In this document: positions 50,197-59,941 of the stretch, piece after piece | Numbering within the stretch: the first letter of the stretch is position 1 | Layout of the letters: the number at the start of each line of letters is the position of its first letter | Virus record (IMG/VR): IMGVR_UViG_2913177423_000001 | Coordinates: 19,415 to 83,414 of that record | Source of the DNA: a virus | Taxonomy: Duplodnaviria; Heunggongvirae; Uroviricota; Caudoviricetes | Reading direction: 5' to 3' (one strand) | Length of the DNA stretch: 64,000 nt | Notes under the pieces: generated by a model | Databases searched by the model: none | Told to the model about the DNA's origin: nothing | The model's input: the letters and a program-made list of their open reading frames with translations, nothing else | Position numbers and translations under genes: made by a program

Positions 50197-50931
50197 ATGA
50201 AAAATTATACTGCTGATCCTTTTATGCGTGCGATTTTTGGTTCTGGCTGCTTTGAAAGCGGTGATAAATCCACGCTGGGAAATGATGATAAAGCCATGCT
50301 GGAAAGCGCCGAACAGAAAGGAACTAACACTCAAGCAAAGCCAAAAGAAGATATTGAAACCGCGATGATGGAAGCGGTTGAGTCTCGCGCACAAGGAGAT
50401 ATGCGCAGCCTGGCGGCTTCCATGCTTGCTGGCTGGATTGAGGATGGCGATCCGGAAGCTGACTCATTTGATGCGTTAGCAATCACTATGGCTGGCCTGG
50501 CTGATATCGATGAAGACACCGATTTTACCGATGAACAAGTCGATGCTTATAACGATGCTCTTGCAGCCCTTGCAGATGCTGCTGTTGCGCTTGGCGCAGA
50601 CCAGGACGACGTAACCGAGATGATCGACGATGAAGATGACTCTGCTGCCGAACGTGTATATGACGCGCTTTCCGAAAGCGACGCCGACATGATGGAAGCG
50701 GCTATTGCCATTTACACCGTTGCTGGTGGTGACAGCGCAATGCTGGAAGCGGTACGTAAAAAAGTGGTCCGTGATGGCAAGGTTACCATTATCCGTAAGC
50801 GCCCGCGCCCTCGCCGCATGACATCATTGCAAAAACAGGCGCTGAAAAAAGCACGCCGCAAAGCGCACACATCCGTAGCAAATATCAACCGCAAAAAATC
50901 AATGCGCATTCGCAAAAAACGCGGTTTGTAA
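50197..50931 (+). CDS. very acidic protein with a strongly basic C-terminal tail (scaffold/internal-protein-like)
   Basis: ATG at 50197 follows GGGGAGAGAGG. The Asp/Glu/Ala-rich body ends in IRKRPRPRRMTSLQKQALKKARRKAH...RIRKKRGL. Confidence 0.6.
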   Translation: MKNYTADPFMRAIFGSGCFESGDKSTLGNDDKAMLESAEQKGTNTQAKPKEDIETAMMEAVESRAQGDMRSLAASMLAGWIEDGDPEADSFDALAITMAGLADIDEDTDFTDEQVDAYNDALAALADAAVALGADQDDVTEMIDDEDDSAAERVYDALSESDADMMEAAIAIYTVAGGDSAMLEAVRKKVVRDGKVTIIRKRPRPRRMTSLQKQALKKARRKAHTSVANINRKKSMRIRKKRGL

Positions 50932-50979
50932 GTGACACAGGCCGCCTGCAAAGGTGGCCTCTTTCTGGGAGGAATAGCT

Positions 50980-51576
50980 GTGTATTGCGGGGCAAGTTTA
51001 GCTGATGGCATAAGCCCTTTTTTAAAGGTTTATATTATAAACGAGTCCAATACAGATATGGTGGTTGGCTATATCGGAGAAGGTTCGTCTGCGGAATTAG
51101 CATCACTATGGCAATCTCCATTTGAAGATAAAGCTATGGGAAGTTTGTTAGGAACAATTAGTGATGCAGCTTCATCATTGACTGGCATAGTACAAACTTT
51201 AAGTGGCCGTACAAGCAAAAGCCGATTCAATTCCACGTTAATCTGGGAAGGGCAACAACCACCAGAGTTCAATCTAGTGCTGGATTTCTTAGCAACATCC
51301 AATGCGAAAATTGAAGTTAATGACGCAATTACAACCTTATTAAAAATGGCCTCTCCAGAGTTAAATGACGTTGCGCCAATGGGAAGGATTCCTGAAACAG
51401 TCACAATTAATATTGGCAGAAACGTCCTGCTGACTGGCGTTGTTATCAAAAGCGTAAGTTACCAGCTGGACGCCCCGCGCACACCGGAAGGCTATTTCAC
51501 TCATAACACGGTAACCCTGCAATGCAGCGGAAATACCTCGATTAACCGTAGCAACATATCATCTGTTTTTGTGTAG
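50980..51576 (+). CDS. tail-module structural protein, 198 aa
   Basis: GTG at 50980 is preceded by GGGAGGAA with 7-nt spacing; the track start at 50932 lies inside a hairpin. Confidence 0.55.
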   Translation: MYCGASLADGISPFLKVYIINESNTDMVVGYIGEGSSAELASLWQSPFEDKAMGSLLGTISDAASSLTGIVQTLSGRTSKSRFNSTLIWEGQQPPEFNLVLDFLATSNAKIEVNDAITTLLKMASPELNDVAPMGRIPETVTINIGRNVLLTGVVIKSVSYQLDAPRTPEGYFTHNTVTLQCSGNTSINRSNISSVFV

Positions 51577-51584
51577 GAGTATTT

Positions 51585-52076
51585 ATGTCCGGTTTTGCAA
51601 ATACAAAAGCCGATATCGCCTTTCTGAAATCTCGGTTTAATAAAAACCTGGCTGCGGGCGAAAAACTTATTGGCTCTGAATATTGGATGACCATTAAAGG
51701 TTATGAGCATTTGTCTGTGCTGGTTCGTACTGCTCAGTTACCAGAAATGACACGCGAAGATGTGGAAGATTACGCTCCTGGTGGCATGAAATTCAACCAG
51801 CACGGACCACTACGCAACTCTGGTGAATTTCAGGTCACATGTGCGGAAACCATCGAGGGCGCAGTTCTCGCTGCTGTAAAACAAATGGTATACGGCAAAG
51901 AATATCTGGAAATTACATTACAGGCAGCTGCTGAATCCAATAGCGGTAACCATAAAGGTCTGATCCGCACATATTCTCACTGCAAAGTGTATTCCGACGC
52001 CGTGGACTTCTCCTCCGAAGACGTAACGGCTGTTGTTAAACCTTCTCTGCGTATTGTTTACAACTGGGCAGAATAA
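51585..52076 (+). CDS. possible tail tube protein, 163 aa
   Basis: Size and position downstream of the sheath gene; no strong motif. Confidence 0.4.
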   Translation: MSGFANTKADIAFLKSRFNKNLAAGEKLIGSEYWMTIKGYEHLSVLVRTAQLPEMTREDVEDYAPGGMKFNQHGPLRNSGEFQVTCAETIEGAVLAAVKQMVYGKEYLEITLQAAAESNSGNHKGLIRTYSHCKVYSDAVDFSSEDVTAVVKPSLRIVYNWAE

Positions 52077-52130
52077 TCCCCGCTCCCGCCCTTGTGGCGG
52101 GAACATCTTTGTTTTGGAGTTGTAGGCACG

Positions 52131-52682
52131 ATGACACCAACCGAATTATTAGAAAGCGTTAAGGCACGATTTAATCCACTGCTTGTGCGTGAAGAAGAAA
52201 CGCTGAAAGCCTTCCTGATCAAAGCTCTGACCACGTATCAGGACAGGGCAGGGGTAGTGAAAACGTTAAAACTTGAAAAAGCTGGTGGTACTGCAATTCC
52301 ATTGCCAGAAGATTATCTCTCTCTGGTTCATGTTACCGACAACAATGGCCTGTTGGTCTATTCGGATGAATTATCCGGCTTTATTGAATTAGAGCTAACA
52401 GGTTCAGAACGCTGGCCTTTTCGGATGCTCTATCTGGTTAATCTACGCGACAGAAAGCTGGATGAATGGCAAGTGCCTCCTGCAATCATTGGAATGCTGG
52501 AGGAATATCTGGAGGCGCTTATCAATGTCAGAAATGTCGCCCGGCAGCGTAGAGCGTCCATCGACGGGAAATTTGACTACTCCGATCTGCCCGATGAAGC
52601 CACGCTATATGCCCGCGTGCAGGAGATTGAGGAAAAAATGTCCTCAAACCGGGCCATTATTCCGGGGGCTACCATTTTTTAA
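52131..52682 (+). CDS. late structural-module protein, 183 aa
   Basis: ATG downstream of the hairpin CCCGCC-cttgt-GGCGGG. Confidence 0.55.
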   Translation: MTPTELLESVKARFNPLLVREEETLKAFLIKALTTYQDRAGVVKTLKLEKAGGTAIPLPEDYLSLVHVTDNNGLLVYSDELSGFIELELTGSERWPFRMLYLVNLRDRKLDEWQVPPAIIGMLEEYLEALINVRNVARQRRASIDGKFDYSDLPDEATLYARVQEIEEKMSSNRAIIPGATIF

Positions 52683-52697
52683 CGCTGGAGGCGCAGA

Positions 52698-53405
52698 GTG
52701 AGTATTTTCAGCAGCGTTGGTAGAACGTTGACCACCGCATTGTCATTTAACACGAAATCATTCACCAGCAACCTCATTAGCGACATTCTTGATAAAGCCA
52801 TATCAGGCGGCGGGGTAAGCGGGAATTACAGTAGCGATATTGCCTACGGGAAAAATATTGTTGCTACCGCTATGCGTATCCGTTACGCCCAGGGGTGGCA
52901 GTGGACCGTTGAAGTGGATGGTCTGAACGGCTTCGATATGTTCGTGAAGGATATCACCTACAGCAGTGGGAACATTGAGACAGAAAGCAAGGTGATAGGC
53001 AGCGTGGAGTTCAGTAAGCCAACCTACGTTAGCGCCGGGCCTGTCACTATGACCGTAAGGGATACCGAAGACGGCAAGATCATGAACTGGTTCAAAGAGC
53101 GTCGCTCTCGCGTAACAAATCCGGACGGAACAATAAACCTTCCTCCTGAATATCTGATGAAAATCCGTCTCTACCGGGTAACTCAGGACGGAGGAAAAGA
53201 ACTGGAAGAAGAAATGCGCGTATTTCCTACGCAACTTGGGGAAATCACACGTTCACGTGATCAGGTGTCAGAGTTCTTGTCATACCCAATCACTTTCCAG
53301 AAATACACATCCGCAGGCTCAGGTGTTTCTGCTTTGGTCAACGGTGCAGCAGGTATGGCCACAAGTGCGTTAAAGGGGGCTATCAGTGGAGTGATCAAAT
53401 TCTGA
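52698..53405 (+). CDS. late structural-module protein, 235 aa
   Basis: GTG start after GGAGG; no motif recognised. Confidence 0.55.
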   Translation: MSIFSSVGRTLTTALSFNTKSFTSNLISDILDKAISGGGVSGNYSSDIAYGKNIVATAMRIRYAQGWQWTVEVDGLNGFDMFVKDITYSSGNIETESKVIGSVEFSKPTYVSAGPVTMTVRDTEDGKIMNWFKERRSRVTNPDGTINLPPEYLMKIRLYRVTQDGGKELEEEMRVFPTQLGEITRSRDQVSEFLSYPITFQKYTSAGSGVSALVNGAAGMATSALKGAISGVIKF

Positions 53406-53495
53406 AACGCTTTAATTATGTGTGCTGGCGGGATGATCATTTCCCGTCAGCAACCACGCCCCCAACGATAGCGGGTAGGGAAGGATGCGCAATTT

Positions 53496-53789
53496 TGAGG
53501 GCATTTTTTACATCATCAATCCATCTGTAATGATGGCATTCTTTACACATTCCAATGTAATCAATAAGTTAACCTAACAAACGATTAAGGAAAATAGCAA
53601 TAAGAATGCCAGACACACACGATATAGACTGAGGGTGATTTTTACATAATCATTGTATATCAATAGGTTACATGAAAACCTAAACTATAAACGACAAGAT
53701 ACATGCGATTTAGATGTAAAAATTGCCCTCAATTGCCGATCGTTGAGGGCAAATTCTACACCTACAGAGTGGTGTAAAAATTGCCCTTA
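53496..53789. repeat. incA-like iteron field downstream of repA (five 19-bp iterons, mixed orientation)
   Basis: TGAGGGCATTTTTTACATC 53496(+), TGAGGGTGATTTTTACATA 53630(+), 53713-53731(-), TGAGGGCAAATTCTACACC 53744(+), 53771-53789(-). Confidence 0.7.
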
Positions 53790-54542
53790 AGACTGTTGAT
53801 AGGTAAATTTTATCCTGGAAACTTTGCCGCCTTCCGTCACTTCTGAGAAGACTATTTTCATTTTTGTATTTTTTTCAATCTCTGCTACAGCCTTCGTTAA
53901 AAAACTTCTCTTAAATTCAGCATACCGCTGGTAGCTTTTTGGCAGCCCGTAACGCTCCCGCATCCATTCGACGCCCAGTATGGCAAAACCGCTTCCATCA
54001 TCCTTTCTGTACTGGCATAAGGACTCATAAAGCCGCATAGAATAAGGATTTGTTAGGCGAGATACTTCGGTAAAATTCAGCCTTGTGAATCTCTTATCAA
54101 GCAGAGTAAAAAATGGCATGAGATATGGATTCAGATGAATAATGTAAGTCCCGCGCCGTGGTGAATAGGCATCCTTAATCATCCAAGGATAAGACTCATA
54201 ACTGTCTTCTGATTCAGTCGATTCATCAGGGTTATATATCGTGACTTTCTTCTCGCTAAGTCCTGAGATGGCCTTACGAATATCCTTGCTGGCTTCGGCA
54301 GAGGGCAAATTATACATCTCTGCATATTCGTTGACCGTTAACTCACAGGCACCTGAACCAAGAACGCCATCCTTAGAAGCATAACGAAGTCTTCCCACCA
54401 CAATAAACAACAATCGCTTTTGGTCGCGCGTCAGGTGATAAGCCGCCTCTGTGATCTCGTTGGCCTGGGCCAGACTACGACTAATTGGTGTCGCTGATTC
54501 AATAAGACTGACGGCTTTTGCCGTTAATTCCGCTCTGTTCAT
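53787..54542 (-). CDS. repA: iteron-binding replication initiator RepA (Rep_3-like)
   Basis: Flanked on both sides by 19-bp iterons. ATG at 54542 chosen; the track TTG at 54575 lies inside an iteron. Confidence 0.75.
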   Translation of the reverse strand: MNRAELTAKAVSLIESATPISRSLAQANEITEAAYHLTRDQKRLLFIVVGRLRYASKDGVLGSGACELTVNEYAEMYNLPSAEASKDIRKAISGLSEKKVTIYNPDESTESEDSYESYPWMIKDAYSPRRGTYIIHLNPYLMPFFTLLDKRFTRLNFTEVSRLTNPYSMRLYESLCQYRKDDGSGFAILGVEWMRERYGLPKSYQRYAEFKRSFLTKAVAEIEKNTKMKIVFSEVTEGGKVSRIKFTYQQS

Positions 54543-54566
54543 AACCCTGTGTGATCCTTCAAATGG

Positions 54567-54684
54567 TGAGGGCAATTTTTACATCACTTTGAGGGTAATT
54601 ACTACACCTTTTGAGGGCAAATCTTACACCTTCTGAGGGCAAATCTTACACCGATCACGCTTAGTTGAGGGCAAATCTTACACC
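54567..54684 (+). repeat. incC-like array of five direct 19-bp iterons upstream of repA (origin core)
   Basis: TGAGGGCAAATCTTACACC-type repeats starting at 54567, 54590, 54612, 54634 and 54666. Confidence 0.8.
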
Positions 54685-54724
54685 TTCCTCCTCTACAGGC
54701 CGCGCCACCACTGGCTCCAGCGAT

Positions 54725-54788
54725 GCCTAAAAAGGATCTAAAAATGATTAAAAATGGAAAAAGGTTTATAAAAATACTCTGTGGATAT
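54725..54788. promoter_or_regulatory. AT-rich unwinding-type block with one GATC, followed by a DnaA-box-like 9-mer
   Basis: Tandem A5-rich words AAAAAGGATC, TAAAAATGATT, AAAAATGGAA, AAAAGGTTTA, TAAAAATACT. TGTGGATAT at 54780-54788 matches 8 of 9 positions of TGTGGATAA. Confidence 0.55.
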
Positions 54789-54806
54789 GTGAATAGCGTC
54801 ACTTAA

Positions 54807-54825
54807 GGTGTAAAAATCACCCTCA
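54807..54825 (-). repeat. inverted outlying iteron
   Basis: Reverse complement is TGAGGGTGATTTTTACACC. Confidence 0.6.
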
Positions 54826-54868
54826 ATAATCACTACACGATTGACAAAATCATCACTCAATCCCCCTC

Positions 54869-54891
54869 CGAAATCACACACTCCCTATCCT
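54869..54891 (+). promoter_or_regulatory. late-promoter-like box CGAAATCACACACTCCCTATCCT
   Basis: Family member 39 nt upstream of the 54930 gene. Confidence 0.45.
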
Positions 54892-54929
54892 CTGGAAAAT
54901 GAACAGATACCTGCTTATCGGAGGAATAC

Positions 54930-55751
54930 TTGAACATTCCAAAATTCCCATTGCCTTCCCGCCCTGAGACAGAAATTCAGTTCCACGCACCCACCGTGAA
55001 GGATGCGCTGAAATATTCTGACCTGAACCCGGCAGAAGATGAAGCAACTACTACAGAGTACCTGAACTCTATGCAGGATGGCGAAATTAACGACAGTGCT
55101 TACTGGACAGTCCAGGATCGCAGAACTGCCCTTTGGTGGATATTTGTTAATTCACGTCCCGATGCAGTAATGACCTACTCCTATGAGTGCAGTCACTGCG
55201 GTAATACGCATCACGCTGATATAAACCTGAGCGATCTGGCTCAAACAGTAGAGATACTCACTGTACCGCCTTACGTAAAAACCAACGTACCGGTAAACGG
55301 TGTACCAACTGACTGGATACTTAAACCATTAACCGGGAAAGGCGCGGAACTCCTTGAACGTATGCGTGCGTCACTTCCTGATATGAAAAGCCCTGAATAC
55401 AGTGCAGGCGTGGCCCGTATGCGCATTGCAGAACTCGCTTTATGCACGGCACTGGACGACGATCCGGAAGACTTCACTCAAGCAGCTAACCGCCGTTTCG
55501 ACATCATTGAAAGCATGGCGCTTGAAACGGAGTTTACTCCGCTTGTAGCTCGCATACAGCTTATGCAAAAAGACCTTCGCCACGGCCTGAAAATGTCTAT
55601 TGAGAGAGGCAAAAGCCGCCTAATCCTGCCTCCGCAACATTGCAAAAACGCTAAGGAGGGTGCAGACGTGACTACCACGCTGTACGTCCCCTTTCTCAAT
55701 AGAGAGTTTATCCCATCAATTAGATCTGAATGGATGGCTAACCATTATTAA
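54930..55751 (+). CDS. putative tail assembly chaperone (gene preceding the tape measure)
   Basis: TTG start, position immediately upstream of the tape-measure gene, and a CSHCGNTHH Cys/His cluster. A second frame continues to the tape-measure start. Confidence 0.5.
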   Translation: MNIPKFPLPSRPETEIQFHAPTVKDALKYSDLNPAEDEATTTEYLNSMQDGEINDSAYWTVQDRRTALWWIFVNSRPDAVMTYSYECSHCGNTHHADINLSDLAQTVEILTVPPYVKTNVPVNGVPTDWILKPLTGKGAELLERMRASLPDMKSPEYSAGVARMRIAELALCTALDDDPEDFTQAANRRFDIIESMALETEFTPLVARIQLMQKDLRHGLKMSIERGKSRLILPPQHCKNAKEGADVTTTLYVPFLNREFIPSIRSEWMANHY

Positions 55752-55871
55752 CAACCTGACTCTGTATGGATATCAGCCTGTTAGTGACGTTGAACAATTA
55801 CCGCAATGGCGAGCACTCCACATGTCAAAAGCCCTGGAAGAAAAATACAAAGCTCAAGCCGGGAATAAACG

Positions 55872-58800
55872 TTGATCGCCGCTGGCAAAAGAGAGGTTAT
55901 TTTGAAAGAGAATAAAGACCGCATCGCAATAATTGACGCTATTCAGGGGGCGAGCACAAACGAACTCAAGGCTCTTGCTGAGATCAAAGACGCCATTCTC
56001 TCTGGTAGAGGGTCTATAACTCAACTTAATGAAAGGCAGGGTAAAGTTAGTCAAAGACTATCCCGTAGACGCATAGCAAGCGAACCCGATGCCTCTGATG
56101 ATGCCAAGAATACCCAGGCCAACCCATATATAAAGCGCCTTCCGATGAAAAAAGGGAGGACACAGGTCAACAACGGAGAAAAACGACTCATTGTTGCAAC
56201 CAACACATCAGAGCGCGTTCATTTTGCGTCATCACGCCAGTCCGCCCAAAAGTTGAAAGGTTCTGTACCAGTAGCCGCCAATTCTGCCCCTCTTGAACCA
56301 CAATCCCCCCAAAGCCAAAAAGGACCGCTTCGGGATAGTAATGGACGCTTTGTATCCCAGAAAAACAACGAGGATATAGCCAGAAAAAAAGAATGGCAGA
56401 ACGCACGTAAGGCCGACGCCAAACTACAAGAAGGCTTCCTCCGGAAATTAGGCTCCATTATGGGGGTAGATGGCAATCGGTCTTCCAGTGAAGAGTCCTT
56501 AACAGATGCCGCAGGTGTCGGCGCTGGTGGCCCGTTGTGGATGGCTGCTCGCGGCATGTACGACATTACTAAAGAGATCACAGGTAAAGCAGAATCTCTT
56601 AAAGAATGGGTAGAAAAGGGGAAAGGTGAGGCTTCAGCTTCAAAAGTGACATCGCCAGCAATCACTTATCCGGCAGCGGTGAATGCTCAAAAAGCAACAT
56701 CCGCAAAAGCGTTTAATAATGCTGTTGAGACAAAATCCACACAGGCAGTAGAAGAGCAAACAAAAATCCTTCAGACCAATGACAACAAAATAATTGATGG
56801 TCTGGAAAATGTCTCTGACGAAGTAGTTAAACTCCGCAAATCGGTGTCTTCTGGGAATAAGTTCGGCTTAAGTGATCTCTGGAGAAATCGACAAGGCGGA
56901 AGAAATAAAATCAATTTTGGCGATCAGACAAGTAAAAACAAAAGGCGTAAATCGAAAAGGAAAGGTCGCAATCTGGGGAAAAAAGCCCTTTCCGTTGGTG
57001 AAAAAGCCGCTGCCGGAACCGCTGCCGCTGGAGCTGGTGCCGGAGCTGCAAAGACTGTTAAAACAAAGGTTAGTAAAGCCAAAGACATCAGCACCACTAG
57101 CGACGTATCTAAGGGTATTGGTAAAGAGGCAAAAAACACTGCAAAGGCAGTTAAGCCAGTAGGTGTAGTTGCCGAAGAGGCCACAATTAAAACAGGTGAA
57201 ACTGTTGCAAAGAAAAAAACCGAATCCGTAGCCCTCAAAAGTGCTGCAAAAATAGGCGTTAAATCAGCTGCATCTACAGCTGCAAGAGCTATCCCGATCA
57301 TCGGATCGCTGGCTATGGCGGGATATGACGCAATAGATGGTTACACTGATACAGATGCGCAAAAGGCAGCCTTTGGCTTAAGTGATGATGATGCAGTATC
57401 CACACAGCAAAAATCCGCTTACGCAACAGCTAATGTGCTTGATATGGGCGGCTTAGTGTCGGGCGCAACCAACCTGATAGGCAAAGGGATTTCTGCGTTA
57501 GGCTTCGAAAGGGCAGGTGAAAAACTTCAGAATTTTGATACCGGAGATATTGCTCGTGGTGTTAATGGCGCAGTAGATATCACTAAATCTGCTTTTGGAA
57601 GCCTTAAGGATAAATTTTTATCCACTGATGAAAACACGAAGCAAGTAAAAAAAGCGGTTGAGGATGGCACCAAGAAGACTGTCGATGCGATTCATTCTTT
57701 AGGTGAGCAGCTACAAGGCGGGCGTGATGGTGAAGATGGTGTTGGTGAGCACGGGTATACTTCCCCGGCTGAATTTAATGCCCCTACCAGCAACACCATT
57801 GCAGCGGATCTGAATATTGGTGGCAGCAACGCTAAAAACCGCAATTACCGGAATAATAATCTCGGCAACCTTGTTTTCGCTAATCAGGAAGGGGCGACGC
57901 TGGAAGCGCCAAATGCAAAAGGTGAGCAACGTTTTGCGCGATTTAACACGCCTGAAGAAGGGATCAGGGCGCTGGCAAACCAGGTGTCAAGCTATTACAA
58001 CGGCACCAGTGCCGCAGCGGGACACCAGAAGTTACAGACGGTATCAAGCATCATTTCCAAATGGGCGCCGCCAAATGAGAACAATACCAATCAATATATT
58101 GATAACGTCAGTAAATATCTTGGCGTCTCGCCTAATGAAAAAATAGATGTCAGCAACCCAGAGGTTATGACGCAATTAGTTCGTGCAATAGCAACGAAAG
58201 AAGGCGGAAACCCGGCGGTTAACAATGAGTTCATAAAGAATGCTCTTGGGACATTCAACGCAAATACTGGTCGTTGGGAAGGGCGTTTCTCCGATGAAAC
58301 ATTGGCGCGACTTAATAAAATTCAGAAAGAGAATGGCGGTCAGCTAATTGCTCGTGATTCGCAATATAGCGTTGGTCGCAAGGTGAAATATGCTGATGGA
58401 ACATCTCCGGCAAAATCTGTATTGAATGCAGTTCCAACAGCAACACCTAAGCCAATTGAAGTTGCACAACATGCCCAGGCAGCCAAAAAGCCACTAAAAC
58501 CAGGCAACCAACCACAACCGATTAATCCAGAGAACGCTGATGTTAATACCGGCACGCCATCAAGTTTGCCTGAGCGGTTAATCGCCATAAATGAAAGCGG
58601 AATTAGTGGCGTAACTAATTTGTTTGGCGGCGCGGCTACCAGCCTTGCTGGAACACACCTGGACTTGGTGAAGGATTTTGCGTCGGCTACTTCATTAGGT
58701 TCTGTATCTTCGCTTTCCGAAAAAGCGAAGGGAATGGACCAGGCTCTGACTGAAAAAATATCCGGATTAACAGGCAAACCTTTTGGATTCAAAAAAGCCT

Positions 58801-59561
58801 CCCAGGTAGCTGATATCAGAGAGGCTATACAAAAAAGGCCAACCCATGAACGCGATATATCTTCAGTCGATCTTCTCGCTGGCGCGTCACAGCCAACAGA
58901 GAATAAAAAAACACCTGTAAACCCAAAAGGGATTCCGGTCTATGACAATGGCTACAAGGTAATAGACGGCGAAGATAAGGGATTTCTTGGCTCTTTGTTT
59001 GATTCGTCATTAACAGGCATGAAGCGCATTGGTTCGGCTGTATTACCTGCAATTGGTGACAACGTTTCACAACTTGTAGGCGGCATCGATGGCACTGGCA
59101 TATTGAATGATTTTGTCTATCAGGCTACAGGGCAGAATTCAACAATCGCCAGGGCGATTAGCCCACTTACAAGAAGTGCTGGTGGTTGGCTAAATAATGG
59201 CATTCAACAAACCGCTGATAGCATCAGGGGAATATCAACTGAGGCAAATAATGCCATATTTGGCTCTGCGTCAGCCGTGCAGGAACCTTTTCTTGCTATG
59301 CCGCCACAGCTTCCCACTGTAACCGATCTTGCTCGAAGCGGAATAAGGCAACCATTAACTACTGACACTGCAAATAACGATCCTGCTATGTTGAAGGCAT
59401 TGGATAACGTCTGTTCTATCCTGAACGACCTTCTGAATGTGAGCAAAAATAATACGAAAGGCGATCCGGATAAGGTTGTCAAAACATCGCAGCCACAGCC
59501 GCGACCACGTGCGAGCACAACCATTAATGACCCGTCGCTGGATGCTCTGCTTGAGGATTAA
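55872..59561 (+). CDS. tape-measure / injection protein (P1 Sit-like), 1229 aa
   Basis: Very long Ala/Lys/Gly-rich ORF with an internal globular module (NLGNLVFANQEGATLEAPNAKGEQRFARFNTPEEGIRALANQV...ISKWAPPNENNT). TTGA coupling to the upstream alternative frame. Confidence 0.75.
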   Translation: MIAAGKREVILKENKDRIAIIDAIQGASTNELKALAEIKDAILSGRGSITQLNERQGKVSQRLSRRRIASEPDASDDAKNTQANPYIKRLPMKKGRTQVNNGEKRLIVATNTSERVHFASSRQSAQKLKGSVPVAANSAPLEPQSPQSQKGPLRDSNGRFVSQKNNEDIARKKEWQNARKADAKLQEGFLRKLGSIMGVDGNRSSSEESLTDAAGVGAGGPLWMAARGMYDITKEITGKAESLKEWVEKGKGEASASKVTSPAITYPAAVNAQKATSAKAFNNAVETKSTQAVEEQTKILQTNDNKIIDGLENVSDEVVKLRKSVSSGNKFGLSDLWRNRQGGRNKINFGDQTSKNKRRKSKRKGRNLGKKALSVGEKAAAGTAAAGAGAGAAKTVKTKVSKAKDISTTSDVSKGIGKEAKNTAKAVKPVGVVAEEATIKTGETVAKKKTESVALKSAAKIGVKSAASTAARAIPIIGSLAMAGYDAIDGYTDTDAQKAAFGLSDDDAVSTQQKSAYATANVLDMGGLVSGATNLIGKGISALGFERAGEKLQNFDTGDIARGVNGAVDITKSAFGSLKDKFLSTDENTKQVKKAVEDGTKKTVDAIHSLGEQLQGGRDGEDGVGEHGYTSPAEFNAPTSNTIAADLNIGGSNAKNRNYRNNNLGNLVFANQEGATLEAPNAKGEQRFARFNTPEEGIRALANQVSSYYNGTSAAAGHQKLQTVSSIISKWAPPNENNTNQYIDNVSKYLGVSPNEKIDVSNPEVMTQLVRAIATKEGGNPAVNNEFIKNALGTFNANTGRWEGRFSDETLARLNKIQKENGGQLIARDSQYSVGRKVKYADGTSPAKSVLNAVPTATPKPIEVAQHAQAAKKPLKPGNQPQPINPENADVNTGTPSSLPERLIAINESGISGVTNLFGGAATSLAGTHLDLVKDFASATSLGSVSSLSEKAKGMDQALTEKISGLTGKPFGFKKASQVADIREAIQKRPTHERDISSVDLLAGASQPTENKKTPVNPKGIPVYDNGYKVIDGEDKGFLGSLFDSSLTGMKRIGSAVLPAIGDNVSQLVGGIDGTGILNDFVYQATGQNSTIARAISPLTRSAGGWLNNGIQQTADSIRGISTEANNAIFGSASAVQEPFLAMPPQLPTVTDLARSGIRQPLTTDTANNDPAMLKALDNVCSILNDLLNVSKNNTKGDPDKVVKTSQPQPRPRASTTINDPSLDALLED

Positions 59562-59941
59562 TGCTGATGCTTTACGAAATAGACGCAAGACTTCAAACGA
59601 ATGAGAGTGGCGTCATTATTGCAGAGGGTAGTAACGCTACCTGGATGGCCCGCCTTGACGAGTGGCTACGAACCCCCGAAGGGAGCGTTTATGGCTTACC
59701 GTCATGGGGAAACCCAATGGAAGAGTTTAAGCACGAACCATTCGGTTCTGAAACTTCGCACATAGTTGAAGTGGCTATCGAAGGGAGAATGATGACAAAA
59801 CTACGACAAGACCTGCCCGGTTTAGATGTGCAGGGGATTCGCTGTACATCCATTTCTGAAGATTCTTTATTAATCAGTTTTTATGCGAAAGGGGGGAGCA
59901 TGGATATTGTTATGCAGAAATCAAGCGAGGTGGGTGCGTGA
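59561..59941 (+). CDS. gp25/gpW-like baseplate wedge protein
   Basis: 126 aa with the pattern ...G..YGLPSWGNP......IVEVAIEGRMMTKLRQDLPGL.V; ATGA-type couplings on both sides. Confidence 0.55.
   Translation: MLMLYEIDARLQTNESGVIIAEGSNATWMARLDEWLRTPEGSVYGLPSWGNPMEEFKHEPFGSETSHIVEVAIEGRMMTKLRQDLPGLDVQGIRCTSISEDSLLISFYAKGGSMDIVMQKSSEVGA

Noticed and set aside
54567-54684. Regularly spaced direct repeats that a repeat finder might flag as a mini-CRISPR array
   Set aside because: These are 19-bp repeats separated by only 3-13 bp. They lie directly upstream of a Rep_3-type initiator, with more copies in both orientations downstream, and no cas genes are present. These are replication iterons.
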